From NCBI RefSeq assembly GCF_000020385.1, contig NC_010814.1:2670001-2702000 (forward strand): a stretch of 32,000 nucleotides of DNA, in the 5' to 3' direction. Positions 19,228 through 28,523 of this stretch are shown here, piece after piece. The DNA is from Trichlorobacter lovleyi SZ. Its GTDB lineage: Bacteria; Desulfobacterota; Desulfuromonadia; Geobacterales; Pseudopelobacteraceae. Below the pieces are notes generated by a model. The model was not told the origin of the DNA and searched no databases. It saw only the letters and a program-made list of their open reading frames with translations. Numbering within the stretch: the first letter of the stretch is position 1; each line of letters starts with the position of its first letter. A program made the position numbers and the translations under genes.

Positions 19228-19647
19228 ATGTGCTGGCAACTCTTCCTAAGTTCTGACAAGGAATTATCTCACGTGGAGTGGGAAGAAGCATCTCCCGCCT
19301 TCAACACGCAACCACTTTCTGACACCGAGGAGCGGGTAAGAATCCAATTTTCGCTTCCGCATGTTATCTATCTTGGATCGCATGATGGCTGTAGTTGCGG
19401 TTTTTTCGGGGAAGACAACGATGAACCAGAAGATAAGAATCAAAGAAATGAAGACACGAAAAGGTTGTCAAAGTACCTGCATGAATCGCTTGAAATTGGA
19501 GCAAATCTGGAAATGTTTCTCTGCTGGCAAGGCGGAGAGATAGAACCACAAGTGACAAGAAAACAATTAACACCGAAGGATTTTCTAACGACTGAGTTTC
19601 CACTCAAAGAGAACGAGTTTGCAACGATAGTCTCTACGGCCAACTGA
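19228..19647 (+). CDS. Hypothetical protein (orphan) with N-terminal MC and a GSHDGCSCGF motif
   Basis: 139 aa, with an AGGGAG RBS. The region is AT-richer than its surroundings. I recognise no domain. Confidence 0.6.
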   Translation: MCWQLFLSSDKELSHVEWEEASPAFNTQPLSDTEERVRIQFSLPHVIYLGSHDGCSCGFFGEDNDEPEDKNQRNEDTKRLSKYLHESLEIGANLEMFLCWQGGEIEPQVTRKQLTPKDFLTTEFPLKENEFATIVSTAN

Positions 19648-19661
19648 ATACGAAAAGCCGC

Positions 19662-19727
19662 ATCCAACAAGGCGGCGGCAGACGGGCTCCGCTGACGCTC
19701 CGCCGCTGCGCCCCCACCCCGTTAAAA
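19662..19727 (+). repeat. Island repeat element, copy 1 (imperfect hairpin; attC-like only in outline)
   Basis: ATCCAAC (19662-19668) fits RYYYAAC. The exact 22-mer CTCCGCTGACGCTCCGCCGCTG lies at 19687-19708. After 12 nt comes GTTAAAA (19721-19727). The left arm GGCGGCG-g-CAG-a-CGG can pair with CCGCTGCGCCCCC, leaving 2 bulged bases and 1 mismatch. Confidence 0.5.
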
Positions 19728-19750
19728 AGCTCATTAGATGAGGTAACTAT

Positions 19751-20341
19751 ATGGGAATCCATGAAAGCACAAGCTTACTCCACTGGAACTACTTCTTGGC
19801 ACTCGAATCTGACGTGGAGCGATTGTCACGTTTTGTCGAATTCACGAGCAACAATTTTGGGACATATTCGATTGAAATGGCCCACCTCTTCTTGGCTGCA
19901 GCATCGGAAGTAGATGTGGTTGCTAAACAACTTTGCTCTAGATTGGATGGGACAGCTAACGCAGCCAACATAAATCAGTATCGAGATGTGCTACGTCGCT
20001 GCCTTCCAGAAATGGAGAGTTCTCTTATCACTATCCCGCGTTACGGCTTGGAACTGAACCCCTGGAATAATTGGCTGGACAACGAAACTCCCGATTGGTG
20101 GCGAGCTCACAACAAGGTAAAGCACCAACGAGACGAGCATTTCGCGCTTGCAAATTTGAAGAATATGCTCAATGCGATGGCAGGCCTATTCCTGCTCGTT
20201 CTCTACTATTATCGCAGCATCGGAAGTGATAGAAGTATTGACCCTCCCCCGAACTTATTCATACCACCACGAGACTTGGCATATGTCTGTGGATCAGTGG
20301 GCGGAGGCATAAGATTGTTCTTCAATGAGGAAGCTCGTTAA
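19751..20341 (+). CDS. Hypothetical alpha-helical protein with a HEPN-like R-x6-H motif
   Basis: 196 aa, with a GAGG RBS. The motif WWRAHNKVKHQRDEHFALANLKNMLNAMAGLFLL (R118...H125) resembles the Rx4-6H signature of HEPN nuclease families. I cannot verify the family assignment. Confidence 0.6.
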   Translation: MGIHESTSLLHWNYFLALESDVERLSRFVEFTSNNFGTYSIEMAHLFLAAASEVDVVAKQLCSRLDGTANAANINQYRDVLRRCLPEMESSLITIPRYGLELNPWNNWLDNETPDWWRAHNKVKHQRDEHFALANLKNMLNAMAGLFLLVLYYYRSIGSDRSIDPPPNLFIPPRDLAYVCGSVGGGIRLFFNEEAR

Positions 20342-20489
20342 AAGTAACCCTTCGAGGGGCAGACTTACGCATCTGACAAAACCAGATTAACCAACGGCGA
20401 AAACACAGATGTCCAACAAAGCTTGCGACCTGCCCTAAAACCCGGCAAGTCAAAGCCATGCCCGATGTGCAGAAATTACGAGGACTGAA

Positions 20490-21197
20490 ATGATTGAATA
20501 TCTCAACGCGAATTCAGGCGCTCTTACGGTGATATTTACAGGTGTAGTGACCATTTCAACAGTGGTATATGCAGTATTGACAGCGCAACTGGTAAATGAA
20601 ACCCGCAAGATGCGTCAGGCGCAGACCGAACCAAAACTCGAAATAGCCCTCAAGTCGAGCGAGCACTGGATCAGTCTTCTTCGACTACATATTAAAAATA
20701 TCGGTCTCGGTCCAGCGTACGATATTGCCTTCAAAGTGTATGGCGAACCAGACACTGATGGAGCACAAGAAATTATTAAAGATGTCACAAAGGCAAATCT
20801 ATTTGTTTCGGGTTTGAAATATATCGGCCCGAGCAGGGAGATAATCACTGGCTACACACAAATGACAACGATGTATCAAGAAAAAATAGAAGCGGTTATT
20901 TGCTTTGAAGTTACATATAAAGACTCCATTCAAAAGGAGTTTAAGGAAAAATTCCGAATAGATCTTTCGGAATTCAAAGGGCTCACTCAGATTGGAACTC
21001 CTCCTATGTACGGAATTATGAAGTCCATTGAAAAGCTGCAGAAGAGCGTAGACAACATCGCCACTGGGTGGAAGAAGGTCCAAGTTGATGTCTATAGTCA
21101 GAAGGATAGAGACAAGGAGCGTAGAGAGTGGGAGAAGGAAGAAGAGGAGGATGCCCAACCAGCGGACTCCGCTGACGCTCCGCCGCTGGTGCATTGA
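20490..21197 (+). CDS. Membrane-anchored hypothetical protein with a charged C-terminal tail
   Basis: 235 aa, with a GAGGA RBS. An N-terminal TM helix (ALTVIFTGVVTISTVVYAVLTA) is followed by a soluble domain and a KE-rich tail (KDRDKERREWEKEEEED). The last 12 codons are encoded by repeat copy 2. Confidence 0.62.
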   Translation: MIEYLNANSGALTVIFTGVVTISTVVYAVLTAQLVNETRKMRQAQTEPKLEIALKSSEHWISLLRLHIKNIGLGPAYDIAFKVYGEPDTDGAQEIIKDVTKANLFVSGLKYIGPSREIITGYTQMTTMYQEKIEAVICFEVTYKDSIQKEFKEKFRIDLSEFKGLTQIGTPPMYGIMKSIEKLQKSVDNIATGWKKVQVDVYSQKDRDKERREWEKEEEEDAQPADSADAPPLVH

Positions 21198-21207
21198 GAC
21201 GTTCAAA
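21153..21207 (+). repeat. Island repeat element, copy 2
   Basis: GCCCAAC (21153-21159) fits RYYYAAC. The identical 22-mer lies at 21167-21188. After 12 nt comes GTTCAAA (21201-21207). CCAGCGG can pair with CCGCTGG. CAGCGGA-C-TCCGCTG (21160-21174) is a 7-1-7 palindrome. Confidence 0.5.
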
Positions 21208-21275
21208 GGCATTCATATAAAGCCCAGATTTGTAGCCTCCCCGCCATTTCTTCAAAACAGCCATGAAGCTATTTA

Positions 21276-21318
21276 AATAGCATATTTTATCGACAATCAT
21301 CTCAAAACATGCTATTAT
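21276..21318 (+). promoter_or_regulatory. Candidate hipA promoter overlapped by an 8-bp inverted repeat (possible operator)
   Basis: AATAGCAT (21276-21283) and ATGCTATT (21309-21316) are exact reverse complements. TCGACA (21290-21295) is followed by a 17-nt spacer and TATTAT (21313-21318). The -10 element ends 7 nt before the hipA ATG, and no SD is visible. Confidence 0.35.
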
Positions 21319-21325
21319 AATAACC

Positions 21326-22606
21326 ATGAATGTCACCATTGAACTCTATATCGACTACCGCTGGCAAACGGTTGGCCGTTTTTCACCCGATAAAAACACC
21401 CTTGAGTTGGGCATTGCCGGAAGCGGTGTGTTTGAATACGAGATCGACTACACCGTAGAAAGACTGGACAACCAGCCCCAGTGGCGTTCGGGTCTCAACT
21501 ACCCGGTTTCTTTTGAGCTATTCAGAAGTGATCGTTGGCCGGCATTTTTGCTGGATATCATGCCATCCGGCGCAGGTCGAAGGGTTTGGCTACGACGACT
21601 GGAACTCCAGGATAGAGCCAGTGCCGATTGGGAGTTGCTCTGCCGGGGAAGTGGCAATCCTCCAGGCAACATGCGGATTGCAGAGGCGGTAATCCCTTCG
21701 CCTGAACAACGGCATCCCGGTTTCAGCCGTGACGACATTATCACCCGACATGCCGATTTCATAGAATATGCCGAACAGAGGGGAGCGGTGGTAACCGGTG
21801 CAACTGATGTACAGGGAGACGCCCCAAAGTTTCTGGTCTGCCGCGACCGCAACCTGCGCTGGCACCCGGATGGGAGCCTGCCGGACAGTGAGTTGCTGGA
21901 CTGCTGGCTGGTAAAATTTCCGCGGGGCAGGAGCGATGCCGACCGGACCGTGTTGCGCAATGAAGCCCCTTACCTTGAAGTGGCCCGTCGTTTTGGTTTA
22001 CGGGTTGCCCAACCGCTTGAGTTCTGTAACGACACCCTGTTTATCCCCCGTTTTGACCGTACCGTCACCGATGCCGGAGTACAACGACACGGCTTTGAGA
22101 CCCTTTCATCAGTTACAGGGATTGCCGAGTTCGGCAAACGGGGAGACCATGGTCTCTTTTGCGCAGCCATTGCCCGCTACGCTGATCAGCCACAAAATGA
22201 AATCACCGAATACCTCCGCCGTGACATACTCAACTGCGCCTTGCGCAATACCGACAACCACGGCCGCAACACTGCTCTGTTCAAGCTGGCAGACGCCAGA
22301 GTGCAACTCACACCGTTGTACGATTTTGCACCGATGTTCCTTGACCCGGAGGGGATACCGCGCAGCTCCCGCTGGGCTAATGAACTTGAAGCAGCCATTG
22401 GCCGTCCTGACTGGGACGCTATCATCTCCACGCTGTCCGGCGTTATTGACGCTGACATTCTGCGCAGTACGTTGCACCGCGATGCCGATACCGTTGCCCG
22501 TTTACCGGAAACCATGTCTGCCTGCGGTGTGGAAGCCAGCGTCATTGAACGGTTAACCCAGCGTTGCAACGAGATTGCCGCCGACCTGCGGACCTTGAAG
22601 GGATAG
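21326..22606 (+). CDS. hipA: HipA-family serine/threonine kinase (type II toxin-like)
   Basis: 426 aa. The N-terminal HipA-type region reads FLLDIMPSGAGRRVWLRRL. The P-loop-like motif is GDAPKFLV. The catalytic loop is LRNTDNHGRNTAL and the Mg-binding motif is LTPLYDFAPM. Confidence 0.92.
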   Translation: MNVTIELYIDYRWQTVGRFSPDKNTLELGIAGSGVFEYEIDYTVERLDNQPQWRSGLNYPVSFELFRSDRWPAFLLDIMPSGAGRRVWLRRLELQDRASADWELLCRGSGNPPGNMRIAEAVIPSPEQRHPGFSRDDIITRHADFIEYAEQRGAVVTGATDVQGDAPKFLVCRDRNLRWHPDGSLPDSELLDCWLVKFPRGRSDADRTVLRNEAPYLEVARRFGLRVAQPLEFCNDTLFIPRFDRTVTDAGVQRHGFETLSSVTGIAEFGKRGDHGLFCAAIARYADQPQNEITEYLRRDILNCALRNTDNHGRNTALFKLADARVQLTPLYDFAPMFLDPEGIPRSSRWANELEAAIGRPDWDAIISTLSGVIDADILRSTLHRDADTVARLPETMSACGVEASVIERLTQRCNEIAADLRTLKG

Positions 22607-22608
22607 CC

Positions 22609-22914
22609 ATGCCGCCCAGACGTACCAACAGGACACCGGAAGAAATTCGCGCTGAAAAAGAGGCACTCTATGCCGACCTTGTAGCCGCCCGTCTGACTCT
22701 GGGACAGGCCACACGCCGTATGCGGCGTATTGTTGGCATGAACCAGAAGGAATATGCGGAAAAGGTACTTAAGATATACCCCAGGGTGTTGATGGAGATT
22801 GAACGTGACCGTGGCAATCCAACCCTTGAGACATTGGAGAAAATTGCTGCCCCGTTCGGCCTGACCATCGGTTTTGTCACAAAACAACGTAGCAATGCTG
22901 TCAAACCGCACTGA
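22609..22914 (+). CDS. XRE/Cro-C1-type helix-turn-helix protein (HipB-like, putative antitoxin/repressor)
   Basis: 101 aa starting at the ATG at 22609, 2 nt after the hipA stop. The HTH region is LTLGQATRRMRRIVGMNQKEYAEKV...LMEIERDRGNPTLETLEKIAAPFGLTIGF. The N-terminus is basic (MPPRRTNRT). Confidence 0.85.
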   Translation: MPPRRTNRTPEEIRAEKEALYADLVAARLTLGQATRRMRRIVGMNQKEYAEKVLKIYPRVLMEIERDRGNPTLETLEKIAAPFGLTIGFVTKQRSNAVKPH

Positions 22915-23036
22915 CCTTTTGCTACGCCAATGAAAAATCTACGCGACCTGCTTGCATGCCACCCATAACCGCGCTATCGTTCACGGCATAAAATCACCAA
23001 TTGAATTGAAATTGCCAATCCATTGAGGAGAATTCC

Positions 23037-23999
23037 ATGAAGCGACTTGCCATTCTGACCAGCGGCGGTGACTGTTCCGGCATGAACGCCACCATCCGGG
23101 CTGCGGCCCGCACGGCCATTGCCAATGATGTTGAGATGATCGGCTACCGCAAGGGCTATGCCGGGCTGCTCAAGAACGAATATATCGTGCTGGACAGCAT
23201 GGCGGTGTCAGGCACGCTGCAGCGGGGCGGCACCTTTCTGCAATCAGCCCGTTCCCAGGAGTTCCGCACCGAAGAGGGGCGCAAGAAGGCGCTGGACAAC
23301 CTGATGAAGGAACGGGTGGAAGGTCTGATCGTGGTGGGGGGTGACGGTTCCCTGTCCGGCGCCCTGGCCCTGGATAAGATGGGCTTTCCGGTGATCGGCA
23401 TTCCGGCCAGTATTGACAATGACATTGCCTACACCGACATGGCGCTGGGGGTGGATACGGCCCTGAACAATATCATTTATGCGGTGGACTGCATCAAGGA
23501 TACCGCCTCATCCCATGACCGGGCCTTTATTGTTGAGGTGATGGGCCGCAACTCCGGCTACCTGGCCTCCACCGCCGCCATTGCCACCGGGGCCGAGTTT
23601 GCGATTGTGCCTGAGGTGGAGCTGGACCTGACCGACATGTGCCACCAGTTGCGGCGGCGCTATGAGGAGGGGCGCACCAATGCCCTGATCATCATGGCGG
23701 AAGGGGCCGGCCATGCCCAGTCCATTGCCGACGGGATCAAGGATGCGGTGGGGTTTGAGACCCGCGTGACCGTGCTGGGGCATTACCAGCGGGGCGGCGC
23801 TCCCTCGGTGTTTGACCGTCTGCTGGGCAGCCGGTTTGGCAGGAAATCGGTGGAGCTGCTGCTGTCCGGCACCAAGGGGGTGATGGTCGGGCTGTCAGCC
23901 AATTCACTGACCACCACCCTGCTTGAGATGGTGGTCAAGGGCGGCCAGAAGAAGCTGAACGAAGACCTGCTACGGATGGCCGACATCCTAGGGATTTAA
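23037..23999 (+). CDS. pfkA: ATP-dependent 6-phosphofructokinase (classical 320-aa PfkA type)
   Basis: Motifs present: TSGGDCSGMNATIRA, GGDGSLSGA, GIPASIDNDIAYTD, VEVMGRNSGYLA and LGHYQRGG. GAGGAG RBS. Confidence 0.95.
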   Translation: MKRLAILTSGGDCSGMNATIRAAARTAIANDVEMIGYRKGYAGLLKNEYIVLDSMAVSGTLQRGGTFLQSARSQEFRTEEGRKKALDNLMKERVEGLIVVGGDGSLSGALALDKMGFPVIGIPASIDNDIAYTDMALGVDTALNNIIYAVDCIKDTASSHDRAFIVEVMGRNSGYLASTAAIATGAEFAIVPEVELDLTDMCHQLRRRYEEGRTNALIIMAEGAGHAQSIADGIKDAVGFETRVTVLGHYQRGGAPSVFDRLLGSRFGRKSVELLLSGTKGVMVGLSANSLTTTLLEMVVKGGQKKLNEDLLRMADILGI

Positions 24000-24002
24000 G
24001 CC

Positions 24003-25076
24003 ATGAGACGCACCAAAAAGCTGTTTAGAACCCGGGCCTCCAAGGAGGGCCTGCCACCGGGCAGTCTGATTCATATTGGTGAGGCACCGGCAGACGCAGT
24101 CAGCGTCTCGATCTTTTCCTATGGTGAACAGGGGTTGCAGGAGACCTGTTCTGAAACCGTTGATCTCAGCCTCATCAGACCGAAACCGGACGGTGTGGTC
24201 TGGGTGGATCTGGAGGGGGTGCATCAGGTTGAGACGGTCCGCAGCCTGGGCGAAGCCTATAACCTGCATCCCCTGGTGCTGGAGGATATTGTCAGCACGG
24301 TGCAGCGTCCCAAGGTTGAGGATTATGATGACTACCTGTTTGTGGTGGTCAAGATGCTGCTGCCCCTGCCGGACGGCGATTTTGCCGCGGAACAGCTGAG
24401 CCTGGTGCTGGGCAGGGGGTACGTGCTGACCTTTCAGGAGGGGATCCGGGGGGATGCCTTTGAACCGGTCCGGGAGCGGATCCGTTCCGCCAAGGGCAAG
24501 ATCCGCACCCTGGGGGCAGACTACCTGCTCTACACCCTGCTTGATGCGGTGGTTGACCGTTATTTTACGGTGCTGGAAGGGTTCGGGGAGCGGCTGGTCA
24601 ATATCGAGGAAGAGGTTGCCATGCACCCCCATCCCCGTACCCTGGTGCAGTTGAATGACCTGAAGAAAGAGGTGATCTATCTGCGCAAGTCAACCTGGCC
24701 GCTGCGCGAGGTGCTGTCGTTCCTGGAACGGGACGATACTGACCTGATCTGCGATGCCACCCGGCTGTTTCTGCGGGATGTCCATGACCATGCGGTGCAG
24801 ACCATTGACACGGTTGAGACCTTCCGGGACCTGCTTTCCGGCATGCTGGATCTCTACCTCTCCAGCCTCAGCAACCGTACCAACGAGATCATGAAGTTCC
24901 TGACCATCATCGGCACGATCTTTATCCCGCTGACCTTTGTGGTTGGCCTCTACGGCATGAACTTCAAGTATATGCCGGAGCTTGAGTGGCACTACGGCTA
25001 CTTTGCCGTGCTGGGCCTGATGGTGGCGATGACCGTGGGGATGATCTTCTACTTCAAACACCGGAAATGGCTGTAA
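24003..25076 (+). CDS. corA: Magnesium/cobalt transporter CorA
   Basis: 357 aa with two C-terminal TM helices and the YGMNF signature (GLYGMNFKYMPEL). Confidence 0.95.
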   Translation: MRRTKKLFRTRASKEGLPPGSLIHIGEAPADAVSVSIFSYGEQGLQETCSETVDLSLIRPKPDGVVWVDLEGVHQVETVRSLGEAYNLHPLVLEDIVSTVQRPKVEDYDDYLFVVVKMLLPLPDGDFAAEQLSLVLGRGYVLTFQEGIRGDAFEPVRERIRSAKGKIRTLGADYLLYTLLDAVVDRYFTVLEGFGERLVNIEEEVAMHPHPRTLVQLNDLKKEVIYLRKSTWPLREVLSFLERDDTDLICDATRLFLRDVHDHAVQTIDTVETFRDLLSGMLDLYLSSLSNRTNEIMKFLTIIGTIFIPLTFVVGLYGMNFKYMPELEWHYGYFAVLGLMVAMTVGMIFYFKHRKWL

Positions 25077-26497
25077 CCCCCGCACGCATGCCCGCACCGA
25101 TCCACCACAAGCTGCTGGATGCCATCCGGCGCTTCAACCTCTGCCGGCCCGGTGACTGCCTGATTGTCGGGGTCTCGGGCGGTGCCGACTCGGTGGCACT
25201 GCTGGACCTGCTGGCCACCCTGCCCGGCTTTCCGCTGACCCTGGTTGTGGCCCACCTGAACCACTGCCTGCGCGGCGCAGAAAGCGATGGCGACCAGCAG
25301 TTTGTCCAGCAGCTGGCAGACCGTTATCAGTTGCCCTGCGAACTGCGTTGCGCTGATATCAGCCAGCTGGCACGGCAACAGCGGCTCTCCCTGGAGGAGG
25401 CCGGACGCACGGCGCGCTACGCATTTTTTGACGAGCTGCGGACCAGGCACCATGCCGCTGCCATCGCGGTTGCCCACCATAGCGATGATCAGGCTGAAAC
25501 CCTGCTGCTGCGGCTGCTGCGTGGTGCTGGTACCACCGGGCTGTCTGCCATGGCGCCGCTCAACCGGGACGGGATTATCCGGCCACTGCTCGGGATCAGC
25601 CGCCAGGAACTGCGGGAATACCTGACCGCCCGTGGGCTGGTCTTCCGGGAGGACAGCAGCAACACGGATCAGGCCTACCTGCGCAACCGGGTCCGCCATG
25701 AACTGCTGCCGCTGCTGCAGGAGTACAACCCTGCCATTGCAGAGCGGCTGTCAGCCACCGCCAGCCTGTTGGGGGAGGACGAGACACTGTTGCTCCACTG
25801 CACGGAGACAGCCTTCAGACAGCTGGCCTGCAGCGGTACCGGCTGGAACGCCCTGGCGCTGGCCGGGCTGAGGCAGCAGCCGCACGCGCTCAGGCTGCGC
25901 CTGTATCGCATGGCAATTGCATCACTGCGGGGCCATCAGCAACGCTTTGAACTGCGCCACTACCAACTGCTGGACCGGCTGTTGCTGGAGGGCAGCACCG
26001 GCGCCGGCCTGAACCTGCCGGGCAGGCTGACCGCCCTGTTGACCGCTGACCGGCTGCTGTTTGCCCCCAAAGAGCTGTTGCAACCTGTCCCACCCTGCAG
26101 TTGCACTATTGCAGGCACCGGCAGCTATGAGCTTGGCAACGGTCTGACCCTTACGGTTGAAGTTGCGTCGTCACCGGCATCCTGGCACGATCTGTCTGCA
26201 GCGGTCTGTTATGTCGACCCGGAGCAGGCCTCCTTCCCGTGGCAGGTGCGCCCGATTATTTCCGGCGACCGGATGGAGCTGCTGGGCAGCACAGGCAGCA
26301 GATCGATTCAGGATCTTCTGACCGACCTGAAGTTTCCCCGCCACCTGCGCCCATTCCTGCCGCTGGTCTGCCACAACAATTGTCCGCTCTGGTTGGCCGG
26401 TATCCGCCGCAGCCGTCATGCCCTGATTCCCCTCAACCATCTGCAGGCGATCCGCATCACCCTCTCAGGCCAGGATCAGCTCCCGCTGTTCCCCTGA
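25067..26497 (+). CDS. tilS: tRNA(Ile)-lysidine synthase
   Basis: PP-loop motif VGVSGGADSVALLDLL, with a TilS substrate-binding and C-terminal region. The start is either the ATG at 25067, which overlaps the corA 3' end by 10 nt, or the ATG at 25088. The further-upstream ORF extension is rejected. Confidence 0.9.
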   Translation: MAVTPARMPAPIHHKLLDAIRRFNLCRPGDCLIVGVSGGADSVALLDLLATLPGFPLTLVVAHLNHCLRGAESDGDQQFVQQLADRYQLPCELRCADISQLARQQRLSLEEAGRTARYAFFDELRTRHHAAAIAVAHHSDDQAETLLLRLLRGAGTTGLSAMAPLNRDGIIRPLLGISRQELREYLTARGLVFREDSSNTDQAYLRNRVRHELLPLLQEYNPAIAERLSATASLLGEDETLLLHCTETAFRQLACSGTGWNALALAGLRQQPHALRLRLYRMAIASLRGHQQRFELRHYQLLDRLLLEGSTGAGLNLPGRLTALLTADRLLFAPKELLQPVPPCSCTIAGTGSYELGNGLTLTVEVASSPASWHDLSAAVCYVDPEQASFPWQVRPIISGDRMELLGSTGSRSIQDLLTDLKFPRHLRPFLPLVCHNNCPLWLAGIRRSRHALIPLNHLQAIRITLSGQDQLPLFP

Positions 26498-26615
26498 CTC
26501 CTCAGGGCCTCAATTCTTAAAAGCCTTGTCGTTGAAGCATAAAGTATGTTAATTTTCCTCAATTTCGCCAGATACTCGAATACACTTAGTTGTTCCGCTC
26601 GTGGAGGATTAACTC

Positions 26616-28519
<1,904 letters not shown>

Positions 28520-28523
<4 letters not shown>

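Noticed and set aside
19788-19805. TGGCAC, a possible sigma54 -24 element.
   Set aside because: The downstream -12 position reads TCTGA, not TTGC[AT], and the site lies inside a coding region.
19687-21188. Whether the 22-nt repeats could be a CRISPR array.
   Set aside because: There are only two copies, 1.48 kb apart, with protein-coding DNA between them. The window has no cas genes and no regular short spacers.
19126-21207. Calling a bona fide integron.
   Set aside because: The window has no intI, attI or Pc. The putative R' boxes of the two 22-mer elements do not fit GTTRRRY, the R-box pairing is weak and the spacers are asymmetric. I kept this only as a testable hypothesis (CALIN-like), not as a feature call.
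21085-21276. A 63-aa ORF spanning repeat copy 2 (translation includes ...QRTPLTLRRWCIE...).
   Set aside because: It has a non-ATG start and no RBS. It overlaps the 3' end of ORF 20490 and is largely a read-through of the repeat element.
24986-25066. An upstream extension of tilS overlapping corA by 91 nt.
   Set aside because: The extension is Gly/Asp/Arg-rich, looks like an out-of-frame read of the corA 3' end, and carries no motif. ATG 25067 or ATG 25088 gives a normal TilS N-terminus.
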